Positions 52,066-64,000 of a stretch of DNA of 64,000 bases are shown here, piece by piece. A model generated the notes under the pieces. The model did no database searches and was not told the origin of the DNA. It saw nothing but the letters and a program-made list of their open reading frames with translations. The translations under genes and the position numbers were made by a program. The stretch's first letter is position 1. The number at the start of each line of letters is the position of its first letter. This DNA comes from the human T2T-CHM13v2.0 reference genome, Homo sapiens, in assembly GCF_009914755.1 (NCBI RefSeq), contig NC_060937.1, one strand, 5' to 3'.

Positions 52066-54556
52066 GATATGAGATACTAAACCTTAATACACTGAAAGTT
52101 CCAATAATATCAAAGTTGAATTAAAAGCAGAAATATTAACTATGAACATGAATGACTCATTTTTTATCAATAGAAGGTGGAAGCTACATGACACTAACAA
52201 GACCATGTTTAATGAAATGGGATTTGTATTGAAGGCAGGTGCTATCTCTCCCACTGGACACATTTTTCTCTTGTGCAGACTCTGGGGGTAGGGAGGTGGC
52301 CATGATGCAAAGCACGAAAAACACTGTAGTGACTCTGGTCTTCCTGCTCACTCTAGATCACTAAAACAGGGTAAGGACAATACAGAGGGATGACATGTTC
52401 ATGCTGAAAAAACTATGAGTCACTTAGGAGAAAAGTAAATTTCTACACTTTATACCTTAAGACAAAGTAAATTCAGGGCAGATATTTTATTTAAATGAAG
52501 AAAATAAATTCAAAACAGAAATTTTGGTGAATATATTTAAAATCTTGGGGTGAGAAGGACTTTCTGAGAATAACATTAAAGGCAAAATCACAAAGAAAAG
52601 TACAGATACATTTGATTACATGAGGATTAAATGCTTTTATATAGTGAAAAGCAAGACAACCTGGGAGAAATTGCTTATATTACATAAAATAGAAAAAGGA
52701 TCAATAGATTTAACTTTTCAGTCCAAAGACAGAAAAGGATAAATGAAGGTGTGTCAAAGAACATGCATTAGAACAAATATATTTACTAATATCAGAGAAA
52801 TCAATGATGGCTAGTGTTAAGTGTGGGAGGGGAGAAATGTACACTTTGCATCTTGATGTTAAAGCACATATCAATATCAATAGCGTCACAATCATTCCCT
52901 TTGACACAGAATTTCCACTTCTGAGAATTTATAACAAGCAAATAACCAACAATATACAGAGATTTAGCCTCAAATATATTCATTTTTGTAAGTTAAAAAC
53001 TTGTAAAAAAACTGAATTGTTCAGCAATATCTGACTATTAAATGAATTATAGCACATCTACACCATGAAATATCACACAACTGTTACAAATAATGTTGTA
53101 AGTGCACATGAATATATATTAACAAAAAAATATAGTCATGATGTCATTAAGTAATAAGGTTATTTACAAAAGAATAAGTATGGTCTCATATCTGTAAACA
53201 AAAAAGTATATGCCTAAAGAACTTAGAAGTGCATGCATCAAAGTTTAAGAATGACTAAATGTGGGTAGATTTGTTGATTGTATTTTCAGATTTTCCTTTA
53301 ATGAACTCTTACATTATTTTTAGTTTTTAGAATAAAACCTATTTACAGAACTACAGAGTTTTCAAAGTATTTTTGCATGTTATTTTCATTTTATTACTAA
53401 TTTTTTAAATACAATATCCAGTACATGGATTGCATTATAGCCAGTTTACATTTGAATAATCTGAAAGTTAAAGAGGGTTAGTGACTTGCTGAGTATCAGG
53501 TGAATGAATATATGATGCCAAAGGCAAGCACTGATTCCAGCTTTTACTATAAATCCAATATCATCCCCCTGTTATGAAACACCAGCATTTCTCACAGGGA
53601 CTACTGCAAATTCCTCCTATATCTATGTAATGAGACTTTGTAATTTAAAAATAAAATAAAATGAAAACCTGCTTTATTTTGTTTGGAGTGGGGAAAGAAG
53701 GAAATGCTTGCCTTGCTTAATCGGTCTAATTTTGTTTCAGCCCTGGGCAGCTCCATTACAGAAAACGTATAGCTAATCTGCAGACACACAGTTTAATTCA
53801 GTGGCAAATTCAGGGTAATTTGAAGAACTATTTTTATTTGCCCTCTTTGTTTAGACACCAACAGCTTACAACCATGGTGAGTTAACTTCCTCTATGGCAG
53901 TACTTCCTCTCCAGCATTGACACAAGCTGGTGAATGGTTATACAACTGGGCAAGAAAGAAGCAGAAGAAAAATCTCCTGAATATGTCTGCAGTTCAGACA
54001 CAAGCCAGTTTAAGAATGTATTGTTTCATTACAGTGAGTACATGATAAAATGCCTTCAGGTCAGTGCAACAGGAAGTACTCTAGTGAGATTAGAAACAAA
54101 TAAGAATAAAATCCCAATGAGCATAAAGAGGTCTTTAGTCAGCAAAATATGTTTGCTTTTGCTATCAATACTATTTGCTCATAGGCAAAATGTACAAAAT
54201 TGGGAATCACACCATATCTAGTAAAAATGAGAAACGTTCACTATTGATGAGTTAAGTAGCATTCTGCATTCCTGTTTTTTTAAAAAAAACTTTTAATGGA
54301 ATTAATTTCCTCTAAGAATACTTTTTACATTTTCAAGCTAGAAGAACATTTATTTCTGAATGGATGGAATTTTTTTTTCAAAATAATACTTGTCTAAGAA
54401 TTCAACTGGAGTAAATACGGTGTACACTCCCACCCATACATTTTGATATCTTTCCATAGTTTCCCTTTTTCCTTCTTGCCTCAGCGGAAGCCCTGTTTAA
54501 CTAAAGATAAGAGATCCATCAATGGCTCCCTCCTTTCAAACTTCAAACTGACTTAC

Positions 54557-54616
54557 TCATATGAAGCAACATTTTCAGCATCTTCAACTTCAAACTTGGA
54601 AAGTCGTGCTAACACA
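54557..54616 (-). CDS. TPTE: TPTE N-terminal cytoplasmic exon
   Basis: AAG|VLARLSKFEVEDAENVASY(D)|GTAAGT, 60 nt. Confidence 0.95.
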
Positions 54617-54934
54617 CTTTAGCCACCAAAAAAAAGCAAAAATATATCATTAGATATTTGCTACACAAAATAGTGATGAAAAATATATTTGAATAGCAAG
54701 AATCCCATGAATCTAAAGGATATAGTAAACATGACTTAGCTCACTGGAAGACCTAATATTTAAGAGAGAAAATTACAATCATTAACCAGAAACTCTTTCC
54801 TCATGGATACTCCCAACACTGAATTTTGCATATTTTTATCTTCTTTTCTCTCTCTGTCTCTTTCTATATATATGCATATAAAGATATATAAAAGAATATG
54901 TATATGGATATATAATATATAAATAATATGTGTG

Positions 54935-55304
54935 TAGACATATCTCAAAGACATTGTGGGTTTCATTCCAGACCACTGCAATAAAGCAAAAACTGCATTA
55001 AGCAACTCACACAAATGTTTTGGGTTCCCTGTGCATATAAAAGTTATGTTTACCCTACATGTAGCCTGTTAAGTTTGCAATGGCATTATGTTCGAAAAAC
55101 TTATGTATATACCTTAATTAAAAACTACTTTATTGGTTAAAAAATGCTAATGATCACCTTTTGCTGGTGGAGGGCGTTGCCTCCATGTTCATGGCTGCTG
55201 ACTGATCAGAGTGGTGGTTGCCAATGGTCAGAGTGGCTGAGACAATTTCTTAAAATAGGACAACAATGAAGTTTGCTGTAGCAAATGGCTCTTCCTTTCA
55301 CAAG
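54935..55304 (-). mobile_element. Tigger1 DNA transposon, 3' part
   Basis: ttccagaccactgcaataaagc...gtgcatataaaagttatgtt matches the Tigger1 terminus. Confidence 0.82.
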
Positions 55305-58300
55305 TGAGGATTAAGTGGTGAAGCCATCAGGTCCTGGACTTTGTTGAAAGCCTTTTTATTACTGATTCAATCTCATTACTTGTTTTTGGTCTGTTCAGGT
55401 TTTCTATTTCTTCTTGGTTTAGTCTTGGTAGGTCGTATGGGTCAAGGATTTTGTCCACCTCCTCTAGGTTTTCAAATTTATTGTAGAGTTGCTCATAATA
55501 GTCTCTAATAATTATTTTTATTTCTGTCATTATCTGTTATGAGGTCTCTTTTTTTTTGTTTCTGATTTTACTTATTTGGGTCTTCCCTTTTTCTTAATTA
55601 GTCTAGCTAATGGTTTGTTGATATTTTTTAAACCTTTTTGTTGTTAACCTTTTGTAATTTTTGCCTCAAATTTGTTTATTTCTGTTTGGTCTTCATTATT
55701 TATTTCCTTTTAATAATTTGGGGTTTGGTTTGTTCTTACTATTCTAGTTTCTTGAGGTAGAATTGTTCAGTGGTTTATTTGAAAGTTTTCTAGTTTTTTT
55801 GATCCAGGCATTTATTGCTAAAAATATACTTTTTTTTTTTATACTTTAAGTTCTAGGGTACATATGCACAATGTGCAGGTTTGTTACATATGTATACATG
55901 TGCCATGTTGGTGTGCTGCGCCCATTAACTCGTCATTTACATTAGGTATATCTCCTAATGCTATCCCTCCCCCCTCCCCCTACCCAACAACAGGCCCCAG
56001 TGTGTGATGTCCCCCTTCCTGTGTCTGAGTGTTCTCATTGTTCAATTCCCACCTATGAGTGAGAACATGTGATGTTTGGTGTTTTGTCCTTGCGACAGTT
56101 TGCTGAAAAAATGATGAGTTCATGTCCTTTGTAGGGACACGGATGAAGCTAAAAACATAGTTCTTAATAACTGCTTTTGCTGCGTCCCCTGTTTTGGTAT
56201 ATTGTGTTTCTAGTTACATTTGTTTCAAGGAATTCTTAAATTTCATTCTTAATTTCTTTCTTCACTCACTGTAACTCAAGGGCATGTTGTTTAATTTCCA
56301 TATGTCTGTATAGTTTTGAATGTTCCTCTTGTTATGAATGTCTAGTTTTATTCCATTGTGGTAAGATAAGATACCTGATAGAATTTCAATTTTTAAAAAT
56401 TTGTTGAGACTTGTTTTGTAGCCTAACATATGGTCTATCTTAGATAATGTTTCATGTGCTGATGAAAAGAATGTGTATTCTGCAGCTGTTAGGTGAGATG
56501 TTCTGTACATGTTTGTTATTTATGTCCATTTGGTCTATGGTGGAGTTTAAGTCTGATGTTTCTTTGTTGATTTTCTGTCTAGATGATTTGTCCAATGCTG
56601 AGAGTGGGATACGGAAGTGCCCAACTCTTATTGTAATGGGGTCTATCTCCCTCTTTAGATCTAGTAATATTCGCTTTATATATCTAGGTGCTCTGGTGTT
56701 TGAGTGCATACATATTTACAATTATACACATATTACAATTATATTTCTTGCTGAATTGAACCCTTTATTATTACATAATAATCTTGTTTGTCAATTTTTA
56801 TGGTTTTTAACTTGAACTCTGTTTTGTCTGATACAAGTATAGCTATCCCTGCTCACTTTGGGCTTCCATTTGCATAGAATATATTTTTCCATCCCTTTAT
56901 TATCAGTCTATGTGTTTCTATACCGGTAAAGTGAGTTTCTTTTAGATAAAATATAGTGGGGTCTTATTTTTTAATCCACTCAGTAAGTCTATATCCTTCA
57001 TGGGGTATTTAATCTATTAACATTCAAAGTTATTATTGGTAGGTGAGGAGGTTTTGCATGTTTTCATGATGGTGGTTATCATCTTTTTACTTCCAGATGT
57101 AAGACTCCCTTGGGCATTTCTTGTAATGTTGGTCTAGTGGTGATGAATTATCTTGGTTTTTGTTTATCTATGACAGATTTTATGTCTTCTTCATTTGTAA
57201 AGGATAGCTGTGCTGGCTATAATATTCTTGGCTGAAAGATTTTTTTCTTTCAGAACTTCGAATGTATCATCCCATTCTCTTCTAGCCTAAGGTTTCCACT
57301 GGGAAATCAGCTGTTAGTCTAATGGGGATTCCATTATAAGTGTGTTACTTTTCTCTTGCTATTTTAAAAAATCTTTGTCTTTTGATTTTTCACAATTTAA
57401 CTATAATGTCTGGGTTGAATGTATTTGGGGTTCTTTGATCTTCCTGGAACTAGATGTCTAGCTCTCCCTCAAGAGTTAGGAAGTTTTACGCTATTTTATT
57501 AAATATGTTTTCCTCATATTTTCTCTACTCTTTTCCTTCTGGAATGCCCATAATATGAATATTTGACCAAATTAATGGTGTCCCATAAATCCTGTAGGCT
57601 TTTTTCATTCTTTTTTATCCTTTTTTTGCCTGTCTGTGTTATTTCAAAAGACTTGTCTTCAAGTTCAGAAATTATTTCTTCTGCTTGTTCTTGTCTGTAA
57701 AGCCATTGATTGTATTTTTTCATTTCATCCATTGAACTGTTTAGCTCTTAGGGCTTCTGTTTGGTTATTTTTATGATATCTGTATCTTTACTGAATTTCT
57801 CTTTCACCTGATTTCATTGACTTGTCTATCTGTATTACCTTACATCTCACTGAGTTTCCTTAAGATTATTCTTTTTTCTGTCACATCATATGTTTATGAT
57901 TAGGTTCTATTACTGGATAATTATTATTTCCCTTTGTAGGTGACATGTTTTCTTGCATTTTCATGGTTGCTGTGTTTCTAAATTGATTTCTACGCATCTG
58001 GTGAAAAAGTCACCTTTTCCAATTTTATGGAGTAAAATTGTATGAATTTATTTGTATGAATGGGTCTTGGATGTCAGTTCATTGGGGTATACCGGCCTTG
58101 GTTCTACATGGATGCAGTAAGTGTAGTCTCCATGTAGTTTATTCAGCTGTGATCCACACTAGTAACATTTGCAAGTTACTCAGTGGCCTAGGTTAAGGAA
58201 GTTTGTAGTGATGGTGGTGCAGCCTTGCCAGGGGTGGGCTCACTGGGCTGTTTCTCAGGGTAAGGGTGTGTGCAGGCATAGAGTGGGTCAGAAAACTTGG

Positions 58301-60091
58301 AGTATGGCTTTATGCCGCTGGCCATGGTGCCATCACTCTAGCCAGAAGCATGGGGATGCAGTTGCTCAACCAGGGCATGACTTCCAGATGTGCTTTGCAG
58401 GACAGTTTCTCAGGCCCAGGATGCAGGCACACAGCTGTTTGCCTGGCCTGGAAGCATGCACTCCAGGAGTGGCCTGAAGGGCTGTTTCCCATAACTGGTA
58501 TGTGGGTACACAGCTGCTCATCTGGCCTGGGGCCAGTCTGCTGGGGGAAACTCATGGACCAAATATATAGGTGCATAGCTGCTAAGCTGGACTGAAGGTA
58601 TCTTTGCCAGGGCTGGCCAAGAGGGGTGTTTCTCAGGCCTGGGATACAGTCAAATGACTTCTCAGCTGTCCTGGATATGTGTCTGCTGGGGGTAGTCCAT
58701 AGAGCTATTCTAGCTCAGGATGTGTGCACACTGCTGCTCAGCTGGCCTGGGTGGTGCCTGCCAGGGGAAGCCCTGGGGACTACTTCTGTGAGCCAGGATG
58801 TGGACACGAGGCTGCTCGGCTGGCCTAAGGGCATGTCTTCTGGGAGTAGCCCATGGAGCTCTTTCTTAGGTCCAGGACATGGGCATTCATGGCTGATTGG
58901 CTGGTCTGGAGGTGCATCTGCTGGGAATGGATACAGGACTATTTCTCAGGCTCACCCAAGGTTGCACAGCTGCTTAGTTGGCCTGGGAGTGTTTCTGTGT
59001 GGGGTGGCCTAAAGGGCTGTTCCTCAAGCTGGGACACAGGTATATGGCTGCTTAGTTGGCCTGAGTAAGCTCCCAGGGTTGTTTCTCGGCCCTGAGACTT
59101 GGGCATACACAGTTGCTTGTCTCTCAGGTCTGAGATACAGGTGCAAGGCCCACTCGGTGGTGTGCCTGCTGGGGGCAGCCTGTGGGACTGTTTCTCAGGC
59201 CCTTATTAAAAGCAGAGGGCTACTGGGCACGCCAGGAGCATGTCTGTGGTTGATGGGGCCCGCAAGGCTGTTTCTCAGGTCCTGAGCATGGGCTCATAGT
59301 CACTCTGTTGACCTGTGGGTGTATCAGCTGCTCAGAGGCTTAGGGGCCTCTCCCACTTGGGAGAGGGCATGTAGTGGTTTGGCTGTCTTAAGAGTGAATT
59401 TACCCTGGATGGGACTGCAGATTATTCCTCTGTCTGGAAGTGTGGTGGTGGGGGTTGATTTCCCTGCTCTGCATTACTTGAGTTACAGCCAGTCCTGGGA
59501 CCAACCTCCACACAGCTGGGATTGTGGCTTTAACCCACCCATGTGGGCTTGGTGTACTGAAGATAAAGCTCCAGTGCTGGAGAGGCACAGTGGCTACTGG
59601 CCCCCAGAGGAGGGCACACTCAAGAGATGACTCTGTTCTCCAGATGGTGCTGTGTTGCTGCAGCTTAAGCCTCTGGGGGTGGGAAGTCTTCACCTTGTAC
59701 TCCTAGTCCAGGACATGCAGCTGTGTCAATTCTTGGCAATACTCCAAACTGGCCTGAGGGCTTGCAAAGACTGTGAGATTCTCCTGTTGTAAAGACTTTG
59801 TGTTTGTGATGGCAGTGGGGCTGGTGGGGATCTTCTGCCTACCTTCACCCTGCAATGAGAAGTCCCTCCTGTCTCTGGGCCAATTCAATCCAGATGGGGC
59901 AGAAGGGGCTGCACAGGCTGAGTGCTTCCATACTGTGGCAACTTTCAGTCACCACAGATGTGTCTCCACTCCTTTGCTGCACTCCAGGACTATCCCTTTG
60001 ATACTCTAATCAAATCTCAGATGTGTATTTCTTGCCTCGGTTCTTTCTTGTAGGGGAGATGAGCACCAGACATCTCTAGTCACCCATCTTG
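55305..60091 (-). mobile_element. L1M element (5' region, ORF1, ORF2 endonuclease) within Tigger1
   Basis: 5' start caagatgg at ~60091; EN peptides (EYTFFSSAHETLSKIDHMLG); 3' part missing. Confidence 0.85.
55830..56150 (-). mobile_element. Short L1PA 3' end with 5' inversion
   Basis: polyT + antisense L1PA 3'UTR to ~56106, then sense-oriented aaaaatgatgagttcatgtcctttgtagggacacggatgaagct. Confidence 0.88.
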
Positions 60092-61257
60092 CTTGATTTA
60101 GCATAATTCGCACGGGCCCCAGGATTTTCAGAATAGTCAATGATTGTTGGCTTCAACTTAAAGTCACCAGCTTCATTAGCCCCTAACAAGAGAATTGGCC
60201 TGTGCTTTGAAGATTTGAAACCATGCGTTGACTTCTCCTCTCTAAATATAAAAGTCCTAGATGGCATCTTCTTCCAATAAAAGGCTATCTTGTCTACATT
60301 GAAAATGTGTTGTTTAGTTTGGCCACATTCATCAGTTATCTCACCTAGATCTTCTGGATAACTTGCTGCTGCTTCTGCATCGGCACTGGCTGTTTACCTT
60401 GCACTTTTATGTGATGGAGATGGCTTCTTTCCTTAAACCTCATGAACAAACCTTTTAGCGTCAAGCTTTTCTTCTGTAGCTTCCTTACCTCTCCCAGGCT
60501 TCACTGAATCAAAGAGAGTGAGGGCCTTGTCCTGGATTACGCTTTGGCTTAAGGGAATGCTGTGGCCGGTTTGATCCTTTATCCAGACCACTACAACATT
60601 CTCCATATTAGCAATCAGACTGTTTTGCTTTCTCAACATTTGTATGTTCACTGGAGTAGCAGTCTTAATTTTCTTCAAGAAGTTTTTTGACTTTTCTGTT
60701 TTGTTTTGTTTTTGTTTTTGTTTTACATTCACAACTTGGCTGAAGTGGTGCAAGAAGTCTAGCCTTCCTCACAATCATTTCTAGCTTTTGGTTTAAAGTG
60801 AGAGACATGTGACTCTTCCCTTCACTAGGACACTCAGAGACCATCATAGGCTTACTAAATGGCTTACTTTCAATATTGTTGTGTCTCAGGGAATAGGGAG
60901 GCCCAAGGAGAAGGAGAGAGATGGGGGAATGGCTAGTCAGTGGAGCAGTCACAACAAACATGTCATTGATTAGGCTTGTCATCTTAATATGGACATGGTT
61001 CGTGTTGCCCCAAAACAATTACAATAGTAACATCAAAGATCACTGATCACAGATCACCATAACAGATATGATAATAAAAAGTTTGGAATACTGCAAGAAT
61101 TATTAAAATGTGACAAGAGACACAAAGTGAGAACACGCTGTTGGAAAAATAAAACCAGGAGACTTGCTCAATGTAGGGTTGCTACAAACCTTCAGTTTAC
61201 AAAAAAGTAATATCTGAGGGGCAATAAAATAAAGCACAATAAAACAAGATATACCTG
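60092..61257 (-). mobile_element. Tigger1 DNA transposon, 5' part with decayed pogo-type transposase
   Basis: Peptides [28 protein letters not shown] and [21 protein letters not shown]; terminus ...aataaaacaagatatacctg. Confidence 0.9.
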
Positions 61258-61642
61258 CATATACACACACATATATGTATATATAAACTATATATGTGTA
61301 TATATACATATATATGCTAAAGGATATATACATATATGTTTACATATATATACACAGATGCTCATATATATATTAAAGGATATATACATGACTACTGATG
61401 TTATTTGGGTTAGTGCTAAAGAATATATCTATATATAGATATGTATATATAGATATATATACACACATTTAAATATGCACATATGTAGACATGTATATAG
61501 ATATGTGTATCTATATCTATATACACACAAATACATATTTATATATCTATATATATTACATATATAGCTAAAAGATATATCTGTATATATACACACACAC
61601 ACATATACATGTGTGTTATATGTGTGTGTGTGTGTGTGTGTA
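61258..61642. repeat. Compound (TA)n/(CA)n/(TG)n low-complexity tract
   Basis: Read directly. Confidence 0.9.
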
Positions 61643-62603
61643 GATAGATCCTTTAGCACTGACCCAAATTAATAATGTCAGTAGTTTTCAATGACACCAC
61701 CATTGAAAGGTGAGTTATATCAAATATATATCAAATTAGTGAAAGACTACTGATGTCATTTTATCTGGGCCAGTGCTAACGATTAAAAATGTACACTTCA
61801 GGTCAAGTGACTTCAGAGACATACTTTTCTGGTTGAAATTATGTACATTTGCTCTACATTTATAAACTGGCTGAATCCTCAAAATGTGTATGTCAATGAT
61901 TTGGAATCTACTATTAATATATCATTTTTTCCTAGAAGAAAACCTTATATTATGTAAAGGTGCTCCTGGGCCTTAACAAACAAACTAATGAATCACAATT
62001 TAAGTGCAGTTCTGTATTACTTCATTTGTGAATGAATTTTACCAATCTTAATATATGCCTCTCTTCTTTCTCTCCGTATTTTGAAATTTCACCCATCATT
62101 GATGACTCTACCACACATTACTCTTTTTAATTCAATGAGGTAATAGCTAAAGGATTAAAAATGAACATAGCAAGACTCCACATGTTATCCTAGACTTAAT
62201 TTTCTGACACAAATTAGCAATAATTATTCCACAATTTATAATCTAGTTCCCCTGAAAAATGGACATTAATCAGTTATTTATTTGAAACATGGTATTTAAT
62301 TTTTCTCTGGAAACGAGGTTTTAGATGTTTGTAATGAAATTTTTCGGCCTGTGAAAAAAACTTAATGAATCAAGTTTATATACATTTCTTTACTCCTAAA
62401 CCTAATCCCCAAGTTACTGTTTCTGGCAAAATTTACATAAAATCAACTTCAGTTTGTAAACACCCACCTTGCTCGCCCTTGTAATTTTCTGCCTTCTCAT
62501 GTTCAAATACCTCCAGTAACTCTTCACCAATCATGGATGTCTTTCCTGCCCCTCAGATAGGGTTAAGTAACTACAGACCCAATGCAGGGCCTCCATACAA
62601 TCT

Positions 62604-62888
<285 letters not shown>

Positions 62889-63894
62889 ATAGAAATACAT
62901 TTTAATTCGCCCATGCCTCCAACGTCCTATAAAATAAATTCTTTTAAAAATTTATTTATTGGCTTAAAAATCAATACTACATACAAAACTCACATGCTAT
63001 TGCTTAATGAGCAACTACAGAATTCTCACCTAGATGTTTCCTTAATCAGCCACTGATTAAACACAATCCTTTTATTCCTTCTGTAAAATCTCATTTTGCA
63101 AGGTTTCTTGAGCATTACACTATAATTAACTTGAATCAGGTTTTCCATATTACTTACACCTTTATGATTTATTTCCAGGAGAGGTTTTCACATGACTGGG
63201 AAAACCCTCCACCACCTCCTTCCTTTCACTGATCATGCTAGTCTCTCCTGCCCATGAGACACAGTGAAGTACCCGCACACCTGAGGAAAGCGGCATCCAA
63301 TGAGGTGGTGGGTTTGGGCTGGGTCTAGGCACCAACCTCACATGTGGACAGAGCTCTCGAGTGTGTGGGACAAGTCCATGTTCCATTAGCTCCATTCTTT
63401 TTTTCCCAGGGCTTCACTACTCCTTATTGGCTGCTATCTCCTCCATGTTGCAAATAGGATTCTCTCCTTTCTTGGAACACTATGGTAGGGTCTCAAACTC
63501 AGGAAACCTGAATCCCTTAAAAAATTGCCTACCAGAAATTGAGGGTGACAAATACACTAACAGGAAGAAGCAGCTCTCCTACGAACTGACCTCCTTATAC
63601 AACTCCATCAAAAAAAGGTGCAAAGTTATCTACAAATGCTACAATGAGAAGAATTGGAAACCCTGTTAAAAAACACTCTGTATGGCCATGCAGGCTCCTG
63701 AGAGTAAATTCCACAAATGTCCATCTGTCTCCGTGTTTTGTGTTTCCATTTTGTGCATGGGTTTGTTTGTGTAAATGTGTTGACAAAAGTGTGTATGGAT
63801 GAAGATGGATGGATATATTTGTGTATGTGCTTGGTGTGTGTATAGCTCTATGCACTCTTATGCATACGTGTGTCTTCATGTATTTATAACTCAC

Positions 63895-63948
63895 CTTTCA
63901 CTGATAGGTGACACCCGGGCTGCTCCTTTAAATTCACTTGTGTGTGGG
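63895..63948 (-). CDS. TPTE: TPTE N-terminal repeat exon
   Basis: TAG|PHTSEFKGAARVSPISE(S)|GTGAGT, 54 nt. Confidence 0.95.
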
Positions 63949-63976
63949 CTAGAGGATGATAAAAGAATACAGTCAG

Positions 63977-64000
63977 CAGCACTTTGGGAGGCCGAGGCGG
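63977..64000 (+). mobile_element. Start of a 5'-truncated Alu (runs off the window)
   Basis: cagcactttgggaggccgaggcgg. Confidence 0.8.

Noticed and set aside
60076-61018. Domesticated TIGD-like transposase gene
   Set aside because: The transposase is broken across several frames and interrupted by an L1; an ordinary Tigger1 fossil.
63361-63894. 102-aa and 99-aa ORFs near the right edge
   Set aside because: No recognisable domain; the minus ORF is low-complexity intronic sequence next to the exon donor.

Overview
Human/primate genomic DNA, not prokaryotic. The window holds most of the testis gene TPTE (transmembrane phosphatase with tensin homology, VSP/PTEN family) on the minus strand. I traced 18 coding exons between 63948 and 1733, all with GT..AG introns. 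They splice into one uninterrupted frame of 1537 nt (511 aa plus stop), equal to residues 41-551 of the TPTE sequence as I recall it; the start-codon exons lie beyond the right edge. TPTE-specific residues (HCKGGTDR, C-terminal [11 protein letters not shown]) separate it from TPTE2/TPIP. The introns are dense with Alu, L1, Tigger1, MER20/MER5, MADE2 and MLT1/LTR elements and contain an old, 3'-truncated cytochrome c retrocopy. Nearly all ORFs in the supplied track are repeat-derived noise. I found no convincing new multi-gene system. The most curious unexplained items are a perfect 29-bp inverted repeat at 48464-48534, a triple inverted-repeat structure at 61391-61780, an L1-CYCS fusion, and several splice/frame features of TPTE. 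Exon coordinates were counted exactly; repeat boundaries and subfamily calls are approximate, made by eye.
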